DNA of 24,000 nt from Ktedonobacteria bacterium brp13 (GCA_015099395.1 AP024096.1:5721485-5745484); one strand, 5' to 3'. Positions 15,523 to 23,353 are shown, counted from the first letter of the stretch. Made by a program: numbers and translations. The notes: generated by a model not told the origin, from the sequence alone.

Positions 15523-15582
15523 TTACCCCCTGTTATAGGACACTTTTTTATGAGTTTTTTCTGTATCCTTCAATGTGTGCAT
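15523..15582 (-). pseudogene. Truncated duplicate of the Xis-like gene 5' end (19 codons: MHTLKDTEKTHKKVSYNRG*)
   Basis: It lies within a ~100-bp imperfect duplication (15555-15650 vs 15401-15500). It shares the same RBS and the first 6 codons, then diverges into a stop. Confidence 0.6.
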
Positions 15583-16032
15583 GACGAGTCCTTTCTTTGA
15601 TATGGTTGTTGAATTGAGGAAATTTGTACAGGAAAATCGTTGTTGTTTATACTACTCAATTAGAGTATATAGGTTTCTAGGTCAGAGTTAGATGAGATAT
15701 GACTTTTGTCTAAAGATCCTATTATTCTTGAATATGTGAAGAATAGAGTAGTATAAACGCCTAATTTAGAGGGTTTTATTGATGACTATTTATAGCTATA
15801 TTGGGATCAAATCGAGCTTGATATAGTAGGTGGATACTCAAAAAAGGTTTTTCTATGTGGGTGGGTACATATTCATAAACTTCTCCTGAGATTGGTACGC
15901 CTATTGCAATAGCACAACTGATGAATAGCTGTCTACTCTCTCATTGAGCCCTATGTGAAGATAGCGATTGAGGAACAAAGCCGAAGAAACATGTGGAGTG
16001 CTAGAGGCTCCTGGTCTCCTCGGCTTTCGTGT

Positions 16033-16275
16033 TTAGTATGCTCGCTCTGTATATACTTTGATATCTGACAAATGAAGATTTGAGCCAACGAGACGTGAAA
16101 ATGCCTGAAGCACTTTGATAGCTGTCGCACGCTGTACAAAACCACCAATCTCAACTGCATAGGTTACAGAAAGTGGTAGGTTGGCTGCTCTAGCAAGATC
16201 AGAAGAACTGATAGGATGCTTTTTATCGTAATTATATTCACGCCGTAGTTGCAGTAGTGTTGGTTTCCTTTCCAT
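16033..16275 (-). CDS. Small HTH-like protein
   Basis: Start ATG 16275 has a strong AAGGAG RBS 7 nt upstream. ISSSDLARAANLPLSVTYAVEIG is HTH-like. Its N-terminus resembles that of the upstream gene (PTLLQLRREY vs LTLEQIRTLY). Confidence 0.65.
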   Translation of the reverse strand: MERKPTLLQLRREYNYDKKHPISSSDLARAANLPLSVTYAVEIGGFVQRATAIKVLQAFSRLVGSNLHLSDIKVYTERAY

Positions 16276-16306
16276 TGATGTACTCCTTAATAATGCTTTT
16301 AGCTTT

Positions 16307-16768
16307 TTATTGATCGGCTTTGACGTGTCCAGGGATCGAAATGTCACCAATCATAAGCCCTTCAGGACACGGTGTGAAGTAGTGATGTGGTAAATGTGGG
16401 CGATGCTCTAACCACGCGTGTGCTAACGCTGTGGCGTGCTTCTGGTCACGTGCATAGACAAAGTTGAACTCATCAAGTAGTTGGCTCTCTTTGACCTGCG
16501 GCTCTTCGGAACTTGCTCGCACAATCCAGAGGAACAGGTAGTCTTCCCATGTCACGATATCGACCTGATCAAACGAGAGTTGGAGGCCGATGTATTGCGA
16601 TAGGGCTGCTAGGATTTTATCTGCATCCACTTTATAGGCCGGTTTTTGCAGGAGAGTATGATAGACCGTCCGTGTACTGACTCCCGCTTGTGCTGCCAGT
16701 GTTGGGATATCAAAATGATACAGCGTTCTTATCTGTTCAAGCGTTAGCTTTTTATTTCTCTCGCACAT
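16307..16768 (-). CDS. HTH-domain protein with an unknown C-terminal domain
   Basis: The preferred start ATG 16768 lies 8 nt after the stop of the upstream gene, suggesting coupling. LTLEQIRTLYHFDIPTLAAQAGVSTRTVYHTL is HTH-like. The C-terminal ~90 aa are unassigned. Confidence 0.65.
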   Translation of the reverse strand: MCERNKKLTLEQIRTLYHFDIPTLAAQAGVSTRTVYHTLLQKPAYKVDADKILAALSQYIGLQLSFDQVDIVTWEDYLFLWIVRASSEEPQVKESQLLDEFNFVYARDQKHATALAHAWLEHRPHLPHHYFTPCPEGLMIGDISIPGHVKADQ

Positions 16769-16775
16769 AGGTTGG

Positions 16776-17006
16776 CTATCCCATCGTTTGAATATATGTC
16801 TCGACCGCAATCATGGCTGCTTCCTGTTCACCTACAATAGCCGCTAGCTGCTCCTGTATGCCCCCGATGCTGTCGTACTGATGCTGAATAATGTCGTGGG
16901 AGGCCGTAACTCGAAATCCTTCCATCGCTTGCTTCATCGCCTCACATTCCAGTTCTATCTGTCGCCTCAACAATGCAACTTCACTCAAGAGATTCTCCTT
17001 TCTCAT
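16776..17006 (-). CDS. Small coiled-coil protein, first gene of the leftward regulatory/replication operon
   Basis: MRKENLLSEVALLRRQIELECEAMKQAMEG has heptad-like character. No SD is visible. The start (ATG 17006 or TTG 17024) is uncertain and could be leaderless. Confidence 0.45.
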   Translation of the reverse strand: MRKENLLSEVALLRRQIELECEAMKQAMEGFRVTASHDIIQHQYDSIGGIQEQLAAIVGEQEAAMIAVETYIQTMG

Positions 17007-17094
17007 TCGGAAATCACCATTCAAATGGCACTATTTAGAAGTTACCATTACAGACACTCTATTGTCAAGCATGAGGTCGGTGTATCCTAAAACC

Positions 17095-17325
17095 ATGAGG
17101 ATAAGATTACGCGTCAAAGAGGTAGCAGAGGCTAAGGGCGTTTCGATGACAAAGCTACATATTAAGTCCGAAGTCTCCTACAACACTATCCGCCGCATAT
17201 TTCGAGAGCCATATGTTGAGATAACCACAACAACGCTTGCTCGGTTAGCTGAGGCTCTGGGGGTGAGTTCCCATGATCTCATCGAGGATGCCCCGGACGC
17301 TATCCCTGCACCTTCTACTGAATAA
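17095..17325 (+). CDS. XRE-family HTH regulator (controller-like), immediately upstream of the TIR-methyltransferase gene
   Basis: MRIRLRVKEVAEAKGVSMTKLHIKSEVSYNTIRRIF...TLARLAEALGVSSHDLIE is a typical Cro/C1-type HTH. An alternative start is ATG 17071. The ORF-track N-terminal extension to 16891 overlaps the divergent gene and I discard it. Confidence 0.75.
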   Translation: MRIRLRVKEVAEAKGVSMTKLHIKSEVSYNTIRRIFREPYVEITTTTLARLAEALGVSSHDLIEDAPDAIPAPSTE

Positions 17326-17390
17326 TTAATCGATTGCATATGCTTGATGTAATTCTTTTGTCTATTACTGAGTAGCAAGGAGCGCTATTA

Positions 17391-20300
17391 ATGACTACCC
17401 AGCCTATTGAAATTTTCTACTCCTACGCCCACGAAGATGAAGACCTCCAAAAGCAGCTTGACGAGCATCTTAGCTCACTCAAACAACAAAAACTGATTAG
17501 TGGCTGGTATGATCGAGATATTAGTGCTGGCGCATTATGGTCAGAGGAGATACAGCGTCATTTGCATTCTGCCCGTATTATATTGTTTCTTGTCAGTAGT
17601 TCATTTCTTGCATCGAAATATTGCTATGAAGTAGAGGTACAAGAAGCGTTAAAACGGCATGAGGCCGGTGAAGCAGTTGTTATTCCTGTTATTCTGCGCT
17701 CTTGCTACTGGCAAGTTGCCCCCTTTGGACAGTTTCAGGCATTGCCGAAGAATGCAAAACCTGTTACATTGTGGTCAAACCGTGACGCTGCTTTTACGGA
17801 TGTGGTGAAGGGCATTGTGAAGGTAATTAACGAAATCGATAGTCAGAAGAAGACGCTACCTACTCAGCAGAACGGTAAGCGAAAGAGGAGGATGGGCGAA
17901 GTGTTGGAAGAAGAGTATGAATCTACCGCAGCTATGCCAGAGATACCACACACACCAACAGCATTTAATAATACTCTCAAGAAGGCTATCGAGCGTTATT
18001 ATAAGGAACTCAAAGAGTATGAAGGCAAAGCAGACTACGAACTAGCCTTACGATCAGCGTTTCAGAACTTGCTGGCAGAAGCGTGTCGCCTTGTGAAGTG
18101 GACGTTGATTCCTGAGCAAACGTTAGAAGGTGGTATCCGCCCAGATGGTGTTGTGCGTGATGCTTTTGAATTGCGTCGTGGTTACTGGGAGGCGAAGGGG
18201 CCAAAGAGCGATCTGGATAAAGAGATTGCGAAGAAGATTGCCGATAACTACCCACTCATGAATACCCTCTTCGAAAATACCCGTGTAGCAGTACTGTATC
18301 AGAGTAAAAAGCGCTTGCCCTATGAATACGATTTAACGAAGCCTAACGATGTCAGCGACTTGATCAAGCAGTTTGTAACCTATACTGAACCGGATATTGC
18401 GAACTTTGAAACGGCTGTGGGAGAGTTCAAGCAACGCATTCCTGAATTGGCGAAGGCGCTACTAGACAGCATTGAGAAGGAACAAAAGCAGAATAAGAAA
18501 TTCATAACGGCCTTCGATACCTTTACTGAACTTTGCCGAACCTCTCTTGATCCAAAAATTAGCGACAATACTATCAAGGAGATGCTTGTTCAACACTTGC
18601 TGACTGAGCGCCTTTTCCGCACGATCTTTGGTAACGCCGATTTCGTCAACCGCAATGTGATCGCTGCTGAGATTGAGCGTGTTATTCAGGCTCTTACCAG
18701 TCGTTCTTTTGATCGCCAGGAATTTCTTAAATCACTGGATCGTTTTTACGTAGCGATAGAAAGTGCTGCGAAAGGTATTGAAAGTTGGTCAGAACGTCAA
18801 CACTTCTTGAACACCGTCTACGAACGATTCTTCCAGGGTTTCTCTGTCAAGCAAGCTGATACATTAGGTATTGTCTACACACCGCAAGAGATTGTAGATT
18901 TTATGTGTGCTAGCGTTGAGGAGGTCTTACAACGTGAGTTTGGTACTTCAATCGCTGAACCTGGTGTGCAAATCCTCGATCCTGCTACGGGAACAGGAAG
19001 CTTTATTGTGAATCTCCTACATCGTATTCCTCGTCATCAGTTAAAACATAAGTATAGGCATGATCTTTTTTGTAATGAGGTTACCTTATTGCCCTACTAC
19101 ATCGCATCACTAAATATTGAGCATGAATATTTTGAACGTGTCGGTGAATATGAACCGTTCGAGGGTATTTGTTTTGCTGATACTTTGGAGTTGGCTGAAG
19201 GTCAACAATTACCACTTTTTGTAGAGGAGAATACTGAGCGGGTACAACGAGAAAAAGATGCTCAAATTATGGTGGTGATCGGTAATCCTCCTTATAATGT
19301 TGGTCAAAAGAGTGAAAATGATAATAATAAAAACCGCAAATATCCTTTAACGGATGCTCGTGTAAGTGAGACTTATGCTAAAGATTCCAAGGCAAGTAAT
19401 AAGATTGCTCTGTCTGATGTCTACGTTAAGTTCTTTCGTTGGGCTTCTGATCGTTTAGGAAACCGAGATGGCGTTGTTTGCATGATTACAAATAATTCCT
19501 TTATTGATCAGGTGGCGTTTGATGGCATGCGTATGCACTTACAGAAAGATTTCACAACGATTTATCATATTGATTTGCATGGTAATGTGCGGAAGAATCC
19601 AAAAATATCTGGTACTACGCATAATGTCTTCGGTATTCAAGTTGGTGTGGGTGTTACTATTGCTGTTCGTAATGCCAAGCAGCTAAAAAAGGTTATCTAT
19701 TACAATCGTGTTCCTGATTTTTGGCGTAAAGCGGAGAAATTAGCGTTTTTAAAAGAAAAAGGCAATATTTCAGCTATAGAATGGCTAGAATTACAGCCAA
19801 ACGAACGGCATATCTGGATGACAGAAGGATTGAGACCGGAGTTTAGTACCTATTTCCCTATGGGTAGCAAAGAAGCTAGACTCGTTAAGAGTGGCACTAT
19901 AGCAGAGTCTAATGTTAAAACTATTTTCAAAACCTATTCGCTAGGACCACGTACAAATCGCGATGATTGGGTACGTGACTTTAATAGAGAAGCCCTTACA
20001 CGCAAGGTATTTAGGCTTGTAGATACGTATAATGGTGAAGTTGATCGTTGGCATAGAAGAGGGAGTAATAATACAGGAGTTGACGATTTTGTCATTTATG
20101 ATGATAAAAGGATAAAATGGAGCAGAGATTTAAAATTAGATCTTCAACGTGGTAGCTATTCACAGTATAATGAGGAGAAAATTCGTCGCTCACTATATAG
20201 ACCATTTTGTAAACAGTATCTCTTCTTTGACCGGGTTTTAAATGAAGAAGTTTATCAATTCCCTCAAATCTTGCCTACTTCTACTACTGAGCAAGAGAAT

Positions 20301-21086
20301 ATTTTTATTGGTTTAACAGATTTAGGTTCAGAGAAACCTTTCATGGTTATGGCCTCTAATCTTATCACTGATGTACATTTGGTGGGTGCTGGCTGCGGAA
20401 CACAGTGCTTCCCCTTTTATACTTATTCGGAAGATGGCAGTAATCGTCGTGAAAACATTACCAATTGGGCTCTCAATCAATTTCAGGCTAGGTACGGCAA
20501 TCAAGTTACTAAATGGGATATCTTTCATTACGTCTATAGCCTCTTGCACCACTCTCAATACCGTGAACGTTATGTTGAGAACCTCAAGCGAGATTTGCCT
20601 CATATTCCACTTGTCCATACACCAGAAACATTTCAAAGCGTTGTGAATATTGGCAAACAGCTTATGGATATCCATCTGAACTATGAGACAGCGAAAGAGT
20701 ATCGTTTGACATGGTTAGAAAATGAGAATGTGCCTTTTAGCTGGCGTGTGGAGAAGATGCGTTTGTCTACGGATAAGCGTGTAGTGGTTGTCAACGAGAG
20801 CCTGAGACTTGGACCATTGCCGCAGGAATGTTTTGATTATCGATTGGGAAATCGTTCTGCACTTGAGTGGGTTATTGATCAGTACCAGGTCTCAAAAGAT
20901 TCTCGTAACGGTATTGAGAGCGACCCTAATCGGCTGGATAACGAAGAGTATATTGTACGTCTAGTCTGCAAAGTAGTTCAGGTCAGTGTTGAGACGGTGC
21001 AGTTAGTGAATGAGTTGGCTCAGAAAGTGACTGTAGAGGATTGGACAGAGGAGAGTGTGAATGTAAGCGAGGCTACAGAGGTATAA
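17391..21086 (+). CDS. TIR domain + PD-ExK-like motif + gamma-class N6-adenine DNA methyltransferase + Type ISP-like C-terminal (target-recognition) domain fusion
   Basis: AAGGAG RBS. Residues 6-150 are a bacterial TIR (IEIFYSYAHEDEDL ... ILFLVSSSFLASKYCYEVE, with candidate catalytic Glu E80 at nt 17628-17630). A nuclease-like motif is D252...E267-A-K269 (IRPDGVVRDAFELRRGYWEAK, nt 18144-18197). AdoMet motif I is DPATGTGSF (nt 18978-19004). Motif IV is NPPY (nt 19284-19295). The C-terminal FPFYTY...ENITNWAL...IFHYVYSLLHHSQYRERYVENLKRDLPHIPL...LMDIHLNYE resembles, from memory, the C-terminal domain of Type ISP enzymes (LlaGI/LlaBIII). No Walker A or helicase motifs were seen. Confidence 0.8.
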   Translation: MTTQPIEIFYSYAHEDEDLQKQLDEHLSSLKQQKLISGWYDRDISAGALWSEEIQRHLHSARIILFLVSSSFLASKYCYEVEVQEALKRHEAGEAVVIPVILRSCYWQVAPFGQFQALPKNAKPVTLWSNRDAAFTDVVKGIVKVINEIDSQKKTLPTQQNGKRKRRMGEVLEEEYESTAAMPEIPHTPTAFNNTLKKAIERYYKELKEYEGKADYELALRSAFQNLLAEACRLVKWTLIPEQTLEGGIRPDGVVRDAFELRRGYWEAKGPKSDLDKEIAKKIADNYPLMNTLFENTRVAVLYQSKKRLPYEYDLTKPNDVSDLIKQFVTYTEPDIANFETAVGEFKQRIPELAKALLDSIEKEQKQNKKFITAFDTFTELCRTSLDPKISDNTIKEMLVQHLLTERLFRTIFGNADFVNRNVIAAEIERVIQALTSRSFDRQEFLKSLDRFYVAIESAAKGIESWSERQHFLNTVYERFFQGFSVKQADTLGIVYTPQEIVDFMCASVEEVLQREFGTSIAEPGVQILDPATGTGSFIVNLLHRIPRHQLKHKYRHDLFCNEVTLLPYYIASLNIEHEYFERVGEYEPFEGICFADTLELAEGQQLPLFVEENTERVQREKDAQIMVVIGNPPYNVGQKSENDNNKNRKYPLTDARVSETYAKDSKASNKIALSDVYVKFFRWASDRLGNRDGVVCMITNNSFIDQVAFDGMRMHLQKDFTTIYHIDLHGNVRKNPKISGTTHNVFGIQVGVGVTIAVRNAKQLKKVIYYNRVPDFWRKAEKLAFLKEKGNISAIEWLELQPNERHIWMTEGLRPEFSTYFPMGSKEARLVKSGTIAESNVKTIFKTYSLGPRTNRDDWVRDFNREALTRKVFRLVDTYNGEVDRWHRRGSNNTGVDDFVIYDDKRIKWSRDLKLDLQRGSYSQYNEEKIRRSLYRPFCKQYLFFDRVLNEEVYQFPQILPTSTTEQENIFIGLTDLGSEKPFMVMASNLITDVHLVGAGCGTQCFPFYTYSEDGSNRRENITNWALNQFQARYGNQVTKWDIFHYVYSLLHHSQYRERYVENLKRDLPHIPLVHTPETFQSVVNIGKQLMDIHLNYETAKEYRLTWLENENVPFSWRVEKMRLSTDKRVVVVNESLRLGPLPQECFDYRLGNRSALEWVIDQYQVSKDSRNGIESDPNRLDNEEYIVRLVCKVVQVSVETVQLVNELAQKVTVEDWTEESVNVSEATEV

Positions 21087-21145
21087 GCCCGTACGTAAGG
21101 GGTAGAAAGAGAGTGCGTTACTCCCTCAATACCCCCTATCGCTTT

Positions 21146-22081
21146 TTATCTACTAGTCCTTCGTCTGGTTGTATTCGGCGTCTTTCTCGCTTCTTCGGCC
21201 TGGAACGTCTTCAAGTAGACCTCTGTGACCTTTACTGAACTGTGGCCCATGAGAATACTTAGTCGATAGATATCACCTCCATTACGAAGGTAGTTCACTG
21301 CAAAGGTATGTCGGCACGTGTGAGCAGAGCAGCGTACTCCCTCGATTTTGCCCCATCGCGCCAATCGATCAAATAACATATCTATGCCCTTTATCGTGAG
21401 CGGCTGATAGTATCTTGAGGCGAATGCTGGTTCATCGTTACCTGCCTCTTTACGATATGCCTCTAAATAGCGTCTCAATCGCCTTCTGACCTCGTTTGGA
21501 AGCCCTACCTCTCTCCACTTCCTACCCTTGCCGTAGACTTTGATATGTGCGTCTTCTGGATGAAGGTAGATATTACCGACGGTAAGTGTGCAAAGCTCAT
21601 TAGAACGGATGCCAGTGTTTAGAAACAGGTCTAGTATCAATTCATCTCTATCGCGTAGATGTTGGTTGTATTCTTGCTGAGAGGCTTTGTAGAGCTCTTT
21701 GATATGGTCCTGTGTGAAGGTCTCAATGATCACTACGTCTACCTTCGGCGGCTTGATGCGTTTGACGGCTTTCTCGCTGACATGGCCCTCGTATTCGTCG
21801 TCTTGAGCACACCAGTTAGCAAAGCCTTTCACGACCTGGACATAGCCGTGTACTGTATAGCTAGAGAGTGTGGTATTCTTACGTGGTGAGCGCGTGCGAG
21901 AGAGATGATCTTGGAAGCGGGTGACTGTGCGGTTATTCATATCTGCAAGGTTGATGTCGTTCGCTGCACACCATTCGGAGAAAACGGCTAACTTCTGCTC
22001 GTACCACTGGTATGTCTTTGGCTGTAGTGTCTGGCATTCAGTCAGATAGTCGGCGATGGCGTTGGTTATGGATGTTCCCAC
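21146..22081 (-). CDS. Tyrosine recombinase / phage-type integrase
   Basis: GTG start with an AAAGGACC RBS. There is an N-terminal SAM-like core-binding region. Catalytic residues are recognisable: NTGIRSNEL (Arg), GKGRKWREV (Lys), AHTCRHTFA (His-x-x-Arg), LMGHSS (His) and TEVYL (Tyr). It lies 95 nt from attR. Confidence 0.92.
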   Translation of the reverse strand: MGTSITNAIADYLTECQTLQPKTYQWYEQKLAVFSEWCAANDINLADMNNRTVTRFQDHLSRTRSPRKNTTLSSYTVHGYVQVVKGFANWCAQDDEYEGHVSEKAVKRIKPPKVDVVIIETFTQDHIKELYKASQQEYNQHLRDRDELILDLFLNTGIRSNELCTLTVGNIYLHPEDAHIKVYGKGRKWREVGLPNEVRRRLRRYLEAYRKEAGNDEPAFASRYYQPLTIKGIDMLFDRLARWGKIEGVRCSAHTCRHTFAVNYLRNGGDIYRLSILMGHSSVKVTEVYLKTFQAEEARKTPNTTRRRTSR

Positions 22082-22176
22082 GATATTGGTCCTTTCGCAT
22101 AACCGTACCTTGGAAAGAGCTATTTTCGCTAAACCCGCTTGACAGGCTGGTTCATGGTGTATGTTCCGTGGTAATA

Positions 22177-22227
22177 TTTCCTAAACCGTGCGTCGGCGGT
22201 TCGAGTCCGCCCAGTCCCATTTCTCCC
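22177..22227 (+). repeat. attR core: displaced 3' tRNA-Arg fragment
   Basis: It is a 51/51 match to 7989-8039. It has no 5' tRNA half, since the upstream sequence gtaata differs from the tRNA. Confidence 0.9.
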
Positions 22228-22501
22228 AACCCGCTCCATAGGCCGATTGATGGAACTCTCCAACGCATACCTGACGCCCAGATTATTAAGTTCTGTCTCA
22301 AAACTGTACACCGCCCAAAATCTCATAACGAAGAATGAGCCTGAGAAGCGGCTTGAGTGCACTTTTCTGTTTCATATGAGAGGCACGCGTGTGCGTTCTT
22401 GACTGCACAAATGACCGCTAGGAGAGGTCAGGAACTGTCAGCAAGGTGTTAAATTTTAAGTTCTGTTGTCAAGTACCTGAATGTCTGCAACGACTTGAGG
22501 A

Positions 22502-23064
22502 CGCGTGGATGAGACGTATAGCAAAGTCAGGAACGTTTGGATGTACCTGTATCGGGCGGTGGATTCCGAGGGAACACCCTCGAGTTTCTCTTGAGTCCGA
22601 CGCGCGATGCCGAGGCGGCCACTCGTTTCTTCCTCAATGCGCTGCATTCCACCGCTGATGGAGCTCCTCAAGCTCATCCTGTCGAGGAACAGATGGCCCA
22701 ACCCGCGACTGTGGCCAACCCCGCCACATCAGCTCCTCGCATGATCAATGTCGATAAAAACGCGGCCTATCCCAAGGCCATGGCCGACTTGAAAGCCGCT
22801 GGCATCCTGCCTGAACACGTGGAATTGAGGCAAGTGAAATACCTCAACAATCTGATCGAGCAAGACCACCGGTTCATCTAACCGTTCCCCAACGGTTGAC
22901 GAAGCCAGGGATGGGCTTTTTCTCATTCGAGACAGCGTGGCGAACCTTACAAGGATACGCGCATGATGAACATGATGAGGAAAGGGTAAATACAAGGAGT
23001 GGCCAAAGGTGATGTGAGAGGCCAAGTTGCCTTGGTTGCCAGGCTATTTGGAGTGGTTGTCTAA
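22502..23064 (+). pseudogene. IS6-family (IS26/IS6100-like) DDE transposase, decayed by frameshifts and an in-frame stop
   Basis: RVDETYSKVRNVWMYLYRAVDSEG, then a 1-nt deletion, then LEFLLSPTRDAEAATRFFLNAL...INVDKNAAYPKAMADLKAAGILPEHVELRQVKYLNNLIEQDHRFI. After a further frame change comes KPGMGFFSFETAWRTLQGY, another frame change, then MMNMMRKG*IQGVAKGDVRGQVALVARLFGV. These blocks match the conserved blocks of IS6-family transposases as I recall them. The N-terminal ~80 codons are not intact. Confidence 0.8.
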
Positions 23065-23111
23065 GAAAATTGAAGAGGATCTGCTCACGTTCAATTTTTT
23101 TCTTCCTCGTT

Positions 23112-23125
23112 TTTGCAACACAACC
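23112..23125 (+). repeat. Candidate right terminal inverted repeat of the IS6-family remnant
   Basis: TTTGCAACACAACC compared with the IS26-type end TTTGCAACAGTGCC gives 10/14 matches. It is correctly placed ~50 nt after the transposase C-terminus. I found no convincing left IR. Confidence 0.4.
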
Positions 23126-23290
23126 GTTTGCCATATGCATGCCAGCTATATATTTGTACTAATGGTCATAAAAATCTATAAGAGCTGCCATTAAAACAAC
23201 AATAATACGACTGCATAGCTCCTTCACATGATGTCAGTGTGCAGTTGCGCCTGAGAAGCAGATGCCTGGAAAGTGAGAACAGTGGCCTCT

Positions 23291-23353
23291 TTTTACTCTA
23301 TTCAAGCGCTCCGCATCAGCCTCGCCAGCCCGCAGCAGCTGCGTGACTGGAGT
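23291..23353 (+). pseudogene. rpoC: Isolated fragment resembling the extreme N-terminus of RNA polymerase beta' subunit
   Basis: It translates to FYSIQALRISLASPQQLRDWS, compared with the conserved bacterial RpoC start (F/V)DAI(R/K)I(A/S/G)LASP(E/D)xIRSWS. Similarity ends right after WS and a stop follows 8 codons later. Confidence 0.5.

Larger units (their letters stand above)
7989..22227. mobile_element. Integrative element (~14.2 kb) inserted in tRNA-Arg(CCT): integrase, Xis-like, P4-family primase, cargo genes
   Basis: It is bounded by identical 51-bp direct repeats (7989-8039 and 22177-22227). A tyrosine integrase gene lies next to the right repeat. The interior is visibly more AT-rich than both flanks. 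No capsid, tail or conjugation genes were recognised. Confidence 0.85.

Noticed and set aside
16891-17094. N-terminal extension of the XRE ORF (144-aa version)
   Set aside because: The extension is antisense to the well-formed leftward coiled-coil gene and has no HTH-family similarity. The family-typical N-terminus starts at MRIRL (17095).
17391-21086. Possibility that the large protein is a conventional Type ISP or Type I-like enzyme with a helicase/ATPase motor
   Set aside because: I found no Walker A (GxxxxGK[ST]) or DEAD/DExH box in the 1231 aa. The ~350 aa between the TIR and MTase domains carry only the PD-ExK-like motif.
22012-22362. ORFs 22012-22338 (+) and 22129-22362 (-)
   Set aside because: They overlap the integrase start, attR and degenerate IS debris. 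There are no start signals and no recognisable family.
22380-22410. Candidate left inverted repeat of the IS6 remnant (cttgactgcacaaatg)
   Set aside because: Only about 7/14 positions match the reverse complement of the right-end sequence, which is not convincing. The left end is left unresolved.
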